From Eledone cirrhosa (taxonomy: Eukaryota): a DNA stretch of 64,000 nt. Both the position numbers and the translations under genes were made by a program. Location: the NCBI GenBank assembly GCA_964016885.1, contig OZ024743.1, positions 152,334,001-152,398,000 on the forward strand, written 5' to 3'. The stretch's first letter is position 1; each line of letters begins with the position of its first letter. Below are positions 1 through 14,272 of this stretch, one piece after another. The notes under the pieces are model-generated. The model worked only from the letters and a program-made list of their open reading frames with translations, made no database searches and was not told where the DNA came from.

Positions 1-447
1 AGAGGCAGCAATTTGTTCTATCGAACTGGTGTCAACTATATTTGCCAATATGGTTTGCACATTAGTTGGCAAAAGGGAGAAGAATAACTTTTTTACGAAA
101 GAAATGTCTTCAGGCGCAGCATCACTGAGTTCACGGATACGCCGTGAAAACTCTGTAGGAGTTCTGTCCGCTAGATTTTCAACCTCTAATATGGAACGAA
201 ATCTACTCACAGACAACCTACTGTTCCTACGCAGTATCTCTGTCTTCAGAGACTCGTAGGAAACGCCTTGTGGAGGTTCTGTGATTATGTCTTTTACTGT
301 AATTGCTAGCGAAGCGGGAATTCCACTGATTAGCACGTATAATTTTTGCTATTTTTCCTGTACTCCGTTGACCACAAAATACGCATCGAACTGGGTGAAT
401 TACAATTTGGCATCGCCAGAATACGCTGGTAACGATGTGTTGCTCAT
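1..447 (-). pseudogene. gag: Ty3/Gypsy gag N-terminal region, two in-frame stops, runs off the window
   Basis: Manual minus-strand translation from ATG at 447: MSNTSLPAYSGDAKL*FTQFDAYF...LISGIPASLAITVKDIITEPPQGVSYESLKTEILRR...LFFSLLPTNVQTILA. This fits the Gypsy gag pattern (LP.F..D..LWF.Q....F / DII..PP...Y..LK). Absent from the ORF track because of the stops. Confidence 0.8.
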
Positions 448-520
448 TCTTGTGACACGGTGGATGCCGAGCGAGGAATGCTCATAGACAAAATTTGGTC
501 GAGAGAAATTATATGTTCAA

Positions 521-535
521 ACGTCTGGGTCACCA
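521..535 (-). promoter_or_regulatory. Primer-binding site complementary to the tRNA-Trp 3' end
   Basis: Minus strand reads TGGTGACCCAGACGT against the expected TGGTGACCCCGACGT (14/15). It lies between the putative LTR and the gag ATG. Confidence 0.8.
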
Positions 536-536
536 C

Positions 537-825
537 TTTAGTGAGTTGGTCACAGGGTTATTTACTTCAGTAAATACCACTGCATGCCAACCACTAATTT
601 AATTAGATAACAGATATAGAAAAACGTTTGTGTATTTTCGTTCGCGTGTGGTCAGCTCAGGAGTCTGTTGCCAAAGAGAAGATTGCTCTTTGCTCCCTCC
701 TTTATAATTCCTAGAACGGAAGTTCAAGGAATACACTAGAATTCTATGGGAAGTAACTCTAGCTACTTCCATTCGTCTAGAGAGCAATACATGGTCTTTC
801 TGCTCACCTGCCAGGATACTCTACA
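537..825 (-). mobile_element. Putative 5' LTR of the Gypsy element
   Basis: Starts TGTAGAG on the minus strand, contains TATAAA (plus ~701-706) and ends CTCACTAAA just before the PBS. Boundaries approximate. Confidence 0.55.
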
Positions 826-1229
826 TTGTAAAATTCACAATAGTAACATTCTAGGCTATGATGAAAAATAGAAATGAGTTAAAGATACAGTAATTCCTAG
901 CTGTGCTTAGAAGAAGGAGGAGGAGGAGTGAGTTTTAAATGCAATAATAAGTACATCCATATTTCGTTTGGCTGCTAAAATCTAGAAAATAAAATGAAAT
1001 TTTAAATCTAAACTGTTGTTAGCAACATACTTTGGATGGTAAATAATTTCTACTTGTGATTTCACTCACTTAATTCCCCAAAGCTTCGATTAAGTGTGTA
1101 GGTAGCACTGAAATAGCTAAAGTGGCTTATCATTTCAAATAATTTTGAAAATAATCAAAATTCAGAGGGAGTTTCTAATATAATTAATTTTTTTCGATAT
1201 TTAGTGTTTGAAACATAACTAAACAAATT

Positions 1230-1408
1230 TGGCAGTATCGGTAGAGGGTCGGACACCATGCCTTCCAGCACAGTTTCGTCCCTTTACGATCTGAGTTCAA
1301 ATCCCGCCAAGGTTAAATTTGCCTTTCATCCTTACGGGGTCGATAAAATAAAGTACCAGTATTGCACTGGGTTATTGCTGGCCTTGTGCCTAAAGTAGAA
1401 ACAATTAT
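1230..1408 (+). mobile_element. tRNA-derived SINE, family A
   Basis: A-box-like TGGCAGTATCGG, B-box GAGTTCAAATCC, body GCCTTTCATCCTTACGGGGTCGATAAAATAAAGTACCAG, ATT tail; near-identical copies elsewhere in the window. Confidence 0.85.
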
Positions 1409-1641
1409 ATGAATGTATGACGAAAGGTTTTAGATAAATATAATCACTTCAAAGTTAGCAGTTTCAGGCAGTTTGGTGTTAAAAGGATTAAAATTCTTAA
1501 TTGAGTGTTATAGTCAATAGTACTGATATTGGATATCTAACTAAAAATCACTCCAAATTGACAATAGGCCTTACAAAAATCTCACAATAAAATACTTTTT
1601 AATTAAACTAGTTGTGATTGACAACATTTAATAACATTCTG

Positions 1642-1679
<38 letters not shown>

Positions 1680-1700
1680 AAATATATATATATATACATA

Positions 1701-2080
1701 TATATTGGTAAACGGAATAGAAAATGGTGACAAATTGTTCACAGTGAAAAATAGTTTAATTAGGAATAAATGAGAATTAGTAATTGTATTGGTTAGTATT
1801 CAGTTTTAGTTTTAAGTTTTACCAGTTGCGCATTTCTAAATGCTTTTCAAAAATAATTTTGAGATAGAGCGTCCGTGATGTTTGCTCAGATCAGAGCAAA
1901 CATCACGGACGCTCTATTTCAAAATTATTTTTGAAAAGCATTTAGAAATGCGCAACCGGTAAAACTTAAAACTAAAACTGAATACTAACCAATACAATTA
2001 CTAATTCTCATTTATTCCTAATTAAACTATTTTTCACTGTGAACAATTTGTCAGCATTTTCTATTCCATTTACCAATATA
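1701..2080. repeat. 380-bp near-perfect spacerless palindrome, probably an inverted PLE terminus
   Basis: 1701-1890 is the reverse complement of 1891-2080 with few mismatches; flanked by TA repeats; carries a degenerate HHR-like motif at ~1927-1964. Confidence 0.9.
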
Positions 2081-2149
2081 TAATAACTTGTGTGTTACAC
2101 CTCTATTCTTTTAACTATACATATATATATACACATATGTATATAACTC

Positions 2150-2515
2150 ACTCAGACGGTGGATGGGTGCTACACGAGAATGCTGAGGATGGCTCTGAAC
2201 ATTAATCAGTATACACTGAGGTTGAAAAACTCAGAGCTGTATGGGAGCCTCCCAAAAGTCAGCTCAAAAGTGACAGAGAGGAGACTAGGGTTGGCTGGAC
2301 ATGCTCACCGACATCCAGAGTTGATGTTGCAGTCAGTGCTCCTGTGGGAGTCCTTGCATCGACACACTGGAAGGGGAATACCAAGGTTAAGGTATGTTGA
2401 TGCCCTAAGGACAGACACTGGTCTGTTGGAGACGCAGGACATGGCAGCGATAGTGAGGGACAGAGACCACTGGAGAGTACTCGTCCATGGATCTCACGAA
2501 TTTTACCCGCCCTAG
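2150..2515 (+). mobile_element. 3' fragment of an RTE-group LINE ORF
   Basis: DGCYTRMLRMALNI...RRLGLAGHAHRH...GRGIPRLRYVDAL...DRDHWR, a typical RTE C-terminus. Confidence 0.75.
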
Positions 2516-2619
2516 AAATATATATATACACATATATATACACACATACATACATATTTATATACATATATACACACATACACACATTCATCATTTTTCA
2601 TTTTATGTCCGCTTTTCCC

Positions 2620-2643
2620 TATATATATATACATATGTGTATA

Positions 2644-2682
<39 letters not shown>

Positions 2683-2997
2683 TATATGTATATGTATATA
2701 TAGATATATATATACACATATATATATGTATATGTATATATAAATATATATATACATATATATATGTATATGTATATATAGATATATATATACACATATA
2801 TATATGTATATGTATATATAAATATATATATACATATATATTTATATATACATATACATATATATGTATATATATAAATGTATATATATACATATATATG
2901 TATATGTATATATAAATATATATACATATATATATCTATATGTATATATAAATATAGATATATACATATATATATATATATATAAATATATATATAT
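2620..2997. repeat. Complex (TA)n/(TATG)/(TACA) microsatellite
   Basis: Direct inspection. Confidence 0.95.
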
Positions 2998-4316
2998 AAT
3001 TTTGCAGTCAATAACGGAGGAGTTTAAGACCATGGAAACACCTGTATGCAGAAGACTTCGCACTTATAGCTCAATCTATGGTAGAACTAGAGAAGAAATT
3101 CCAAACTTGGAAGCAGGGACTAGAAAGAAAGGGTTTCAAAGTCAACCAGACAAAGACTAAGGTCCTTGTAAGTAGACAAGAAAACAGAACCCAGATCCCC
3201 TCAGGGAAATGGCCTTGCCCAGTATTTAGGAAAGGTGTAGGTAGGAACTGCATCCTCTGCCCCAAATGCAAACAACGGGTACACAAGAGATGTAGTGGGA
3301 TCTCAGGAAGCTTAACTAAGAATGTAGGCTTCACATGTAGCAGCTGCGCTGGGACAGCAGGCAGCTAACTGACACAGGAAACAAGTACCACCAAACTCTG
3401 GGAGGGCTCTGTAGCAACAGTAGACAGCTTCTGCTACCTAGGTGACCGAATTAGCAGTGGAGGTGGGTGTTCGGAAAGTACAATAACTAAGGTAAGAACG
3501 GAATGGAAGAAGTTCAGGGAGCTATTGCCACTGCTAGCTGCAAAAGTCTTTTCCCTCAAAATGAAAGGCAGGCTGTATAATGCTTGCATATGAACAGCAA
3601 TGTTACATGGTAGTGAGACCTGGTGCTGTCTGTAGAAAACTTGTCTAGATTAGAAAGAAACGAAGCCTGCATGCTCCGATGGATGTGTAATAGTAATATA
3701 TGCGAATGGCAAAGCATAAACGAATTGAAAGAAAGACTGAGCATAAGAGGAATAAATGCTGTGTGCAGGAGAGGTGGTTGCATTGGTATGGACATGTGAT
3801 GTGTATGAAGGATGACAGCTGCATAAAAAGGTGCAGAGCATTAGAAGTCGATGGAAGCCATGGAGTGGGGAGACCCAAAAAGACCTGGGATGAGGTGATA
3901 AAAGCCAACCTTACCCAATTACACCTCTCAAAGGTGATGAAACACGGCTGTGACCTCTGGCGTCATGCAGTAATACAGAAGACCCGACTTCCCATGGCCG
4001 CAAGCCGAAGCTGAAGCGTATAGACAATATGCCCTCACCCCCTCCCACTGCAAAGTGGTCGTGGAGGTGCCACGGCAAAAAGGCACCCAGCCCACACTGT
4101 AAAATGGACGTGTAGGCACCGCAGGAAAAAAACACCCAGCACTCACTGTAAATGAGGTTGGTGTTAGGAATGGCATCCAGCTGTAGAAATCAAGCCAGAA
4201 TCAGTTCCCGTATGAGCAAGGCAAGGTCAGCCGACCAGACACTGCCCACGACAAGACAACCCGTTTAACCCATGCTAGTGTGGAAGAATGGACATAAAAC
4301 GGTGATGATGATGATG

Positions 4317-4318
<2 letters not shown>
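2998..4318 (+). mobile_element. 5'-truncated, frameshifted RTE LINE with 3' UTR and (GAT)n tail
   Basis: [58 protein letters not shown]; homologous to 22364-25455. Confidence 0.9.
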
Positions 4319-4349
<31 letters not shown>

Positions 4350-4361
4350 TATATGTATGTA

Positions 4362-5462
4362 TATTTATTAAAATAACAGATTAAAGTTTAAGCAAATAAT
4401 CGCTGCTTTCACCCTTAACGAAATCTTCTGAAACTAACAAAGTCAATCTGTAAATGCAGAAGTGGATATTTCAAAAAGCGTTGCAACCGGAGGAAGACAG
4501 GAAGATGATACTTTGGTTCGTGGAAACGTTCCCTGGCAAAGAACGGGAAAAAACGAATATAATACGTCATTAATAGGAGCAGTGGAAAACAATTACACAC
4601 AAAGACAGAACCACGTTTATGGTATAAAAGAAGTCGTAGACTAATGTTCTCTTAGGTGGTTCTCTGGCAATGAATGGAAAAAACCAGGAGATAATACGTA
4701 ATATGTGGACCGTGGAGAACAATTGCACGCAAAGACAAAACCACATAAAAGGTATAGCTGAAGTCGTAGACTAAAATTCTAACTAGGAAACCGAATGAAT
4801 CTCCGCTTCAGAGTTAAGAATAAAGTAAATAAAATACAATACAGAGGTGATAGAAATTAAATAAATACACATCGGTCGTTAATTACCTCGACGTTACCTT
4901 CAATTTATCGAATGGGTTGTATTACCCGTATAGAAAGCCGAATGATACGCTTAATTACATAAGTAAGCATTCCAACCACCCTGCCAGCATAACCAAGAAC
5001 CTGGTAAGAAACGTTTCGTTGAGGCTTTCCCATCTATCTACTAACGAGCATATTTTCAACGACCATTCCACTTATTACAATGAAGCTCTTGCTCGGAGTG
5101 GATTTGTCGATAAGGTAGCATATACAGAGTACGAAAATAGACCTAGAAGAAATAGATCTCGTCGCATTTGTTGGTATAACCCACCATATAATATGGAGGT
5201 GGCCACACCATTAGCTAAGATCTTTCTTTCCCTTATTACGAAGCATTTTCCCCCTACACATAAAAATAGTAAAATTTTTTATAGAAATACTATTAAAATT
5301 TCTTACTCTATGACTCCTAACCTTGCACATAACATCACAGCTTCAAATTTAGCCAAACTACCTGGCCGTAGGAACACGTGCAACCCTGTAGTTAGTACTA
5401 ACTGTAATTGTAGGAATCGGGTTGATTGCCCCCTATCCGGGAAATGCCTCTCTAGTAACATT
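4362..5462 (+). mobile_element. Penelope-like element fragment: inverted terminal region plus RT thumb/linker ORF (~4868-5462)
   Basis: VNYLDVTFNL...YYPYRKPND...SNHP...RRICWYNPPY...IKISYS...CNCRNRVDCPLSGKCL. The upstream 500 bp carries an antisense HHR-like motif and a ~130-bp tandem duplication. Confidence 0.85.
4385..4435 (-). ncRNA. Hammerhead-like motif with variant core CAGAAGA
   Basis: AGTTT-CAGAAGA-TTTC GTTAA GGGT-GAAA-GCAG CGATTAT TTGC-TT-AAACT; a homologous copy lies at 12053-12105. Confidence 0.55.
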
Positions 5463-6606
5463 GGGTCATATTTGTGTAATATTGCCAGAATTAATAACAG
5501 AACACACTCACTCTTTGGTTGGTTTTCGCTTTTCACTTCTGTGTCTTTTATATCGGTAATCTAATTTATTCGGTCCTCAATGTTGCCATTGACTGACCAA
5601 CGGTCAAAAACACAGATACAATATAGACACAAACACATATATAGTTTATCAAAGTTCTTTCGTTGCACATCTGCAATTACCTCAGTGGTACTACTGTTTC
5701 CTCCCGTTGCATTGTATTTTCTACGCCATCTTTATTTAGTCTGTTTATATATTTATTTATTTGTTTATTTTATTTTGTCTTCTTTGCGCATGCGTTTGCA
5801 TGTGTGTATAGTGTTTTGTTTGACAACAACATACATAGGCGAGACAGCTCATAGCATAGGTGAAAGGATAGACCAACACTGGGGGGAACTAAAAGGACGA
5901 AAAATGGTTCAGTACTATACGAACATGCCAGACAACAACACAACGGTAACATAGACAACATACAAATGACATAGAAATGACCCAGCAGATAGGTAAACCA
6001 GAGAGGCCAGTGAAATAGAATTTAGAAGGCCAAGGCTAAACAGAAAGAATGAATGGAATAACAACACCCAAACAAACAACACTGACCTAAGAGAAGTATA
6101 AATAAATAAATAGATAAATAAATAAATAAATACATACACAAGCAAAATAACAACAAACACATATAAACATACACTAGTAAAGATAGAATACATTAACCAA
6201 TACACAGTCACCCAATCATGAACACACATCAAACAAAACACTATACACACACGCAAACGCATGCGCAAAGAAGACAAAATAAAATAAACAATTAAATAAA
6301 TATATAAACAGACTAAATAAAGATGGCGTACAAAATACAATGCAACGGGAGGAAACAATAGCACCACTGACGATATTGCGGTTGTGCAACGAAAGAACTT
6401 TGATAAACTATATATATGTGTTTGTGTCTGTATTGTATCTGTGTTTTTGACCGTTGGTCAGTCAATGGCAACATTGAGGACCGAATAAATTAGAATACCG
6501 ATATAAAAGACACAGAAGCAAAAAGCGAAAACCAACCAAATAGTGAGTGTGTCCTGTTATTAATTCTGGCAATATTACACAAATATGACCCTCCCCAAGT
6601 ATAACA

Positions 6607-6610
<4 letters not shown>
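5463..6610 (+). mobile_element. Second PLE family: ~360-bp inverted arms (5463-5823 and 6229-6591) around a GIY-YIG remnant
   Basis: The arms are reverse complements. The spacer encodes YIGETAHSIGERIDQH. HHR-like motif at 6362-6405. The end CTCCCCAAGTATAACAATAT matches 32645-32675 in inverted orientation. Confidence 0.8.
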
Positions 6611-6651
<41 letters not shown>

Positions 6652-6885
6652 AATTTTAGTACAGCATTAACGAAGCTTTATGCTGCAGCTAACGAATGCA
6701 GATTCGGAATGTAGCTTTAGCACTCGATGGAGAATAATACCCCAGAGTTATAACAATGCATTTAGACTGCTTTGCAAATCAAATATAGCGACCGGCAGTC
6801 CAGCCGCATTGCCAGAGCAACGAAAAAGACTGAACTCAGAGAAAGATATGTATATATATACATATATATATGTATATATATATGT

Positions 6886-9135
<2,250 letters not shown>

Positions 9136-9181
9136 TATATATATATATACAGTATATATATATATATATACAGTATATGTA

Positions 9182-9264
9182 TTCAAGTGGGAAAACCCCC
9201 GTCCAAACCCATGCAAGCGTGGAATATGGACGTTAAACGATGATGATGATGATGATGATGATGA
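9182..9264 (+). mobile_element. Isolated RTE 3' end with (GAT)n tail inside a TA/CAGTA array
   Basis: CCCGTCCAAACCCATGCAAGCGTGGAATATGGACGTTAAACGATGAT matches the RTE 3' ends in this window. Confidence 0.85.
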
Positions 9265-9307
9265 CAGTATATATATATATATATATAGTATATATATATA
9301 TATACAG

Positions 9308-9338
<31 letters not shown>

Positions 9339-9688
9339 TATATATATATATACAGTATATATATATATACACTATATATATATATATATACATATATAGT
9401 AGAATAATCGAGTATCGAAAAATCGGCGCACGAGTTCACGATAAACAAAATTCGAGATGAGCGGCAGAGGGCTCTATAATTCAAATAAATCAGAGCTATA
9501 ACTATCATTAAAATACCGTCACACGTAGAATATGTCTACAATCAACCAAATAACCGAAAAGTTCGATATGGAAGATTCGGGACACTCAGATAAATTATCA
9601 ATAAATCAATAAATGAAATGAATGTATATATATACATATATATATATATACAGTATATATATATATATATATATTTATATATAAATAT

Positions 9689-9795
9689 GAAACAGTTCTA
9701 TTCCTGTAGAAGCTTTTCTATATTAAACATTTATACTCTGCTTTGTATTGAGTACTTTACTTTCTGTGGTTACCCCCGATTGAACTCGGGATAAA
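9689..9795 (+). mobile_element. PLE-type terminal fragment starting at the GAAA of an HHR
   Basis: GAAACAGTTCTATTCCTGTAGAAG...GTATTGAGTAC; homologous to the minus-strand element at ~49244-49470. Confidence 0.65.
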
Positions 9796-10724
9796 GTTAT
9801 ATATATATATACACACATATATGTCTGTATATATATATATATACATTTCATTAATAAATGTTGCTTCCATTCAAATTAAAAGTCTCAGTTACCAATCAAA
9901 TAAACTTTTATAATTATGTGTCTAATCTATTCACAGTAATTAAGATTAAGTCAAACTTCTCTATAAATGTATTCTTTATTTAGTCTTGTACAAGGTATGA
10001 AATTCAATTTTACACAATCCATCTAGCAGTTTTACTTCAAGCTACTTTGAAACATGAAATCAATTTTCCTAACATTTAACATGTTTAGCATTCATTTTCA
10101 ACAAATTAAAAATTTCAAATGAAATAAACAACAAAATCTATCAATATCTAGAAATTATATTAAAAGCAAGACATGTATTGACTGATAATTGAAATATAAA
10201 CGGAAATAAATAAACATATTTTTCAATTCATACACATAAAAAGCATATTTGTGAATATATATTTAGATGAATAATTGTATATACATGCATATTTCTTACA
10301 AAGATTATATCATAGAGTAAATGGGTAGAGTGTCTAAAAGTTCAAATCACAGCAAGATAGATAACTATCTTACAGTCACATTACTCACACACTATGTGTT
10401 TTACTAATCTAGAGAACATGAAGAATGTGTAATAATCACATCTCTTTGCTATGAAACAAAACTACCTACTTCATAGGATTTATATTTAAATTAAAATCTT
10501 CCAACATAACTTAATTTAAGAAAGTTTAGTTACTTTCTCTTACAAACACCATCTTCCTGAAATAATTAACAATTTCAGTATTTAGTTAACCCTTAAGATG
10601 TGAAGTGCAGCTGATTGTCACACTTAACTGTGAATTGCCCTACCCACACCTTGGTTTCCTTTTTTATGATTTTTTCAATCTATCTTTTTTGCGTTTTTTA
10701 TTTGTATATATATTTTTATGTATG

Positions 10725-10834
<110 letters not shown>

Positions 10835-11328
10835 TTCTGTAAGCATTATATAATTTATTCAAAAGCAGAAAATCGAAACCTTATTTAGTAAGAAAATATT
10901 TTAAAAAAGGGGGGAAACAAAAGGAAAGAAAGAATAGGGAAATACAGAAAAAAAAGAGAACAAAAGAAAGAAGAAAAAGAATGGGAGTGGATGGCAAGAG
11001 CTCTGGCATCGCAGAAGAGAGGGGGGGGGGGTGAAGGAGGAGGGTGATTGCACTTTGGGCCTAGGACAAGGGGGCAGGAGTGCTGTGGCCTGCGGACAAG
11101 ATGGCAAAAGCATTCCCCAGGATGATGGCCAGTGACACTCACTGCAACAGTAACTCAACCTCTCGGGGCTCCCTCCAGTGACACTCCGATCTTGCGGAGG
11201 AGCTCGGCAGTACAGAGCCCAAGTACACCTGGGGGTCATTTTTATACAAGTATGTTGATTCAATAAAATATGTAGAAAACATTTCAGTAAACCCCTCAAA
11301 TTTCGTCATTAATTATTTGAAATACAGT

Positions 11329-11515
11329 GGCGGTGGATTGGCAGTATCGGTGGAGGGTCGGACGCCATGCTTTCCAGCATAGTTACGTCCCTTTATGATC
11401 TGAGCTCAAATCCCGCCGAGGTTGACTTTGCCTTTCATCCTTACGGGGTCGATAAAATAAAGTACCAGTAATGAACTGGGTAATTGCTGGCCTTGTGCCT
11501 AAAGTAGAAACAATT
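11329..11515 (+). mobile_element. Full-length SINE family A with TSD
   Basis: Family A sequence flanked on both sides by AATTATTTGAAATACAGTG. Confidence 0.9.
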
Positions 11516-12052
11516 AATTATTTGAAATACAGTGTATTTCATTAGAAATACGATCACAAAAGTTTAACTGTGGTGGTTGAGTATGAGTAGATCATATTTC
11601 ATTTGAAGTAATGAATACTTAGGAATCTCATACAAGGAACAATATGTGGGTGAAAGACAATGTATGTGGGTGAAAACTATTTAAGTACTGATTGAAATTA
11701 GGTAAACAAGTAGGAGAAATGAAAACAAACGATAATCTAAATCTATAGATTGCAAGCTATTTATTACTACTGTGTAGTTTAGCATTTTAATTGATGTGTG
11801 CTTTAACTAATGTTTGAAATTTGACTTGTGTATATTGTCATTACTGTTTAACTAATGGCAATTATCCATACTTGTTATGTACTGAGGCTAGACAGGTATG
11901 GTGGCCAATCTTTGCTCATATGGTGTTTTTGGCTTGGTTTCTATGTCTAGTCACCTTTCCTACTACTTCCATATGCATGTATATATATATATATATAGAT
12001 ATATATAGTAATAATAATAAATTTGAAGACTAAAATCCAAAGAGGGCTCGAT

Positions 12053-12105
12053 AAGTTTCAGAAGATCCCGTTAAGGGTGAAAGCAGCGATTCTTTGCTTA
12101 AACTT
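12053..12105 (+). ncRNA. Hammerhead-like motif with variant core CAGAAGA
   Basis: AAGTTT-CAGAAGA-TCCC GTTAA GGGT-GAAA-GCAG CGATTCT TTGC-TT-AAACTT, followed by AATAAA. Confidence 0.6.
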
Positions 12106-12146
12106 TAATCTGTTATTTTAATAAATATAGATATATATATATAGAT

Positions 12147-12847
12147 ATCATCCTTTTTACATCCATATTTCCATGCATGCATGGGTTCAACAGGTCTTCC
12201 AGCACACACATACACACCCCTGTTCATATTATATTCCAGTGTCATCACTTGTCTAAGGGTCTGAGTTTGAAATCAGCAACTATGCCCAGGTTGTCCTTGG
12301 CCTTCCACTACCTCAACCAATGGTCATTCTCTATACACATCACATGGCCACACCAGTGCACTCTTCTTTCTTGCACACTACATTTTATACTCAGTCCCTC
12401 TCTTTCATGTTATCCATGTTTCGTCTTTCATGCACATTAACATCACACATCCCATAAAGCAGATATGTCAAACTGAGGGTCCCCCTAGGGCCACATGGGT
12501 CACATATGTGTTGTATGAAGGCCACACATGACAACTAATTGCGCACATTACAACTAATTTTTTTATTTTATATTACGAAGATAAAACATGGTCGCGCTGT
12601 AAAATCCTTTGTGCGGGCTGCAGGTGTGCTTGTAAAGGGCCACATGAAGCCCCACCCCACCCCACCCCCACCGAGCCACATGTTTGGTATGCCTTCCATA
12701 AAGTATTCATTCTTTTGTATATCCTCTGCATCTACTGCCCGTTTCACTTGCCTGCAACACTATATTTTCCAAGCAGGCATCATACACCCAACCTTTCATT
12801 TGTAGAGAGAAACCTTTTGTTGTCAACAAAGGTAGTAGCATCCTGAA

Positions 12848-12850
<3 letters not shown>
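12147..12850 (-). mobile_element. Old degraded RTE fragment interrupted by a MITE
   Basis: RTE 3' end motif plus [22 protein letters not shown]. Confidence 0.7.
12460..12695. mobile_element. hAT (Charlie-like) MITE with 8-bp TSD
   Basis: CCATAAAG at 12452-12459 and 12696-12703; imperfect TIRs CAGATATGTCAAAC / GTTTGGTATGCCTT. Confidence 0.75.
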
Positions 12851-12937
<87 letters not shown>

Positions 12938-13876
12938 CATACATATGTACATACATATATATAAACATACATATGTGTGTATGCACATATATGTAAATTC
13001 GTATATGCACATATGCACACATACACACACCAAGTGTTGTGTGCAGACAGATAGTATCAGCAATGGCAAGACCAATGGAAACATTGTTTCCTTAGCTCCT
13101 TTCTGTCTTTCTATTAAATACACCTATCTACAGATACACATGTGTATGTATTATATAAAACATAGCTACTAAACATCTAACACACAAACATTATAAGCTC
13201 TGACAAATACCACAGTGACTTTCATTTGATAAGATATAATCTATCTTTCACTTTTTTCCTTTCTATATCTTTTTTTCCTGTTTATTTATAAATCTATTAT
13301 AAGAATCCATTAAGCAAAACAAAAGATAGCTTAAAACATATGCTATCTGAACTAGCCCATCCTAAATTCTAGCCTTCTGTTCTCCAGCCATAGGTCAAGA
13401 AGGCCAAATGTATCCAGCCACATAAATTTGCTGCTCCTATAAATGTCAATTAATGAAATCTGCAGGTGCCCATAAATGTCAATTAATTGAATTCTGCTGA
13501 AATTCTCAGACAATCCTAACACCCCTACCTTTTGCTTTTTTACATTTTGTTTATCTATTTTCCCACTTTCCTATTCTTCACCATCTCTCTCTTCTGCTGC
13601 TTAAACTCCCCCCTCCACCTATAATTCTTATACTCCCTCTTCTTTCCTATTATTATTCTTGTTCCTTGTCTTTTCAATTCCCCATCACTTTTTGTGTTCG
13701 TTTACTTCTCACCCCTAGATATTATTTTTACTTTTATTTATTTTATTCTTTCTTTCCATCACTGCATACATGAACACTTGCTTACTTGTGCAACAAATAA
13801 CTCTTGCGAAAGTAATTTTCTTTTTTTAGTAGTCTGATCTAAATCAATTGATGTACACACACAAAAACACATATAG

Positions 13877-14015
13877 ATGGCATGGCTGTGTTAAGGAGGT
13901 TCACTCTACAATCACATGGGTCTGGGTTTACTCTTGGGCAAGCCTCTTCTGTTATCAGTTCAAGTTGACCAATAACTTGTGAGTGAAATTTGGCATATGA
14001 AAACTGCAGACTGCT
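13877..14015 (+). mobile_element. Degraded CORE-like SINE, family C
   Basis: GGCATGGCTGTG...CTTGGGCAAG...TGAGTGAAATTTGG; related copies at 21940-22090 (-) and 33062-33213 (-). Confidence 0.55.
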
Positions 14016-14023
14016 ACATGTAT

Positions 14024-14220
14024 ATCACCATCATCGTTTTAACATCTACTTTTCCACACTTGCATGGTTTGGATGGGTCCTTCTCAGCATGGCATCTCTC
14101 TACACGTTGTGATCCATTGTTATCACCTCTGTGAGTCTCAGTGATTTCAGGTCAGTTCTCACAATCACTGCCCAGGTCTACTGCTGCTTCCTTTCACTAA
14201 CATTTCCTTGCAATTCTTCA
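14024..14220 (-). mobile_element. Degraded RTE 3' end
   Basis: CATCATCGTTTTAACATC...TTCCACACTTGCATGG on the plus strand. Confidence 0.6.
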
Positions 14221-14272
14221 CCCAACAATCATTCTTCTTAGTTTTCTCTATCCTATTCCAAAATTAGCTCCT

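Noticed and set aside
940-1492. Possible TTAA/piggyBac-like MITE split by the SINE
   Set aside because: Only a right-end-like AAAGGATTAA is seen; no matching left TIR could be fixed.
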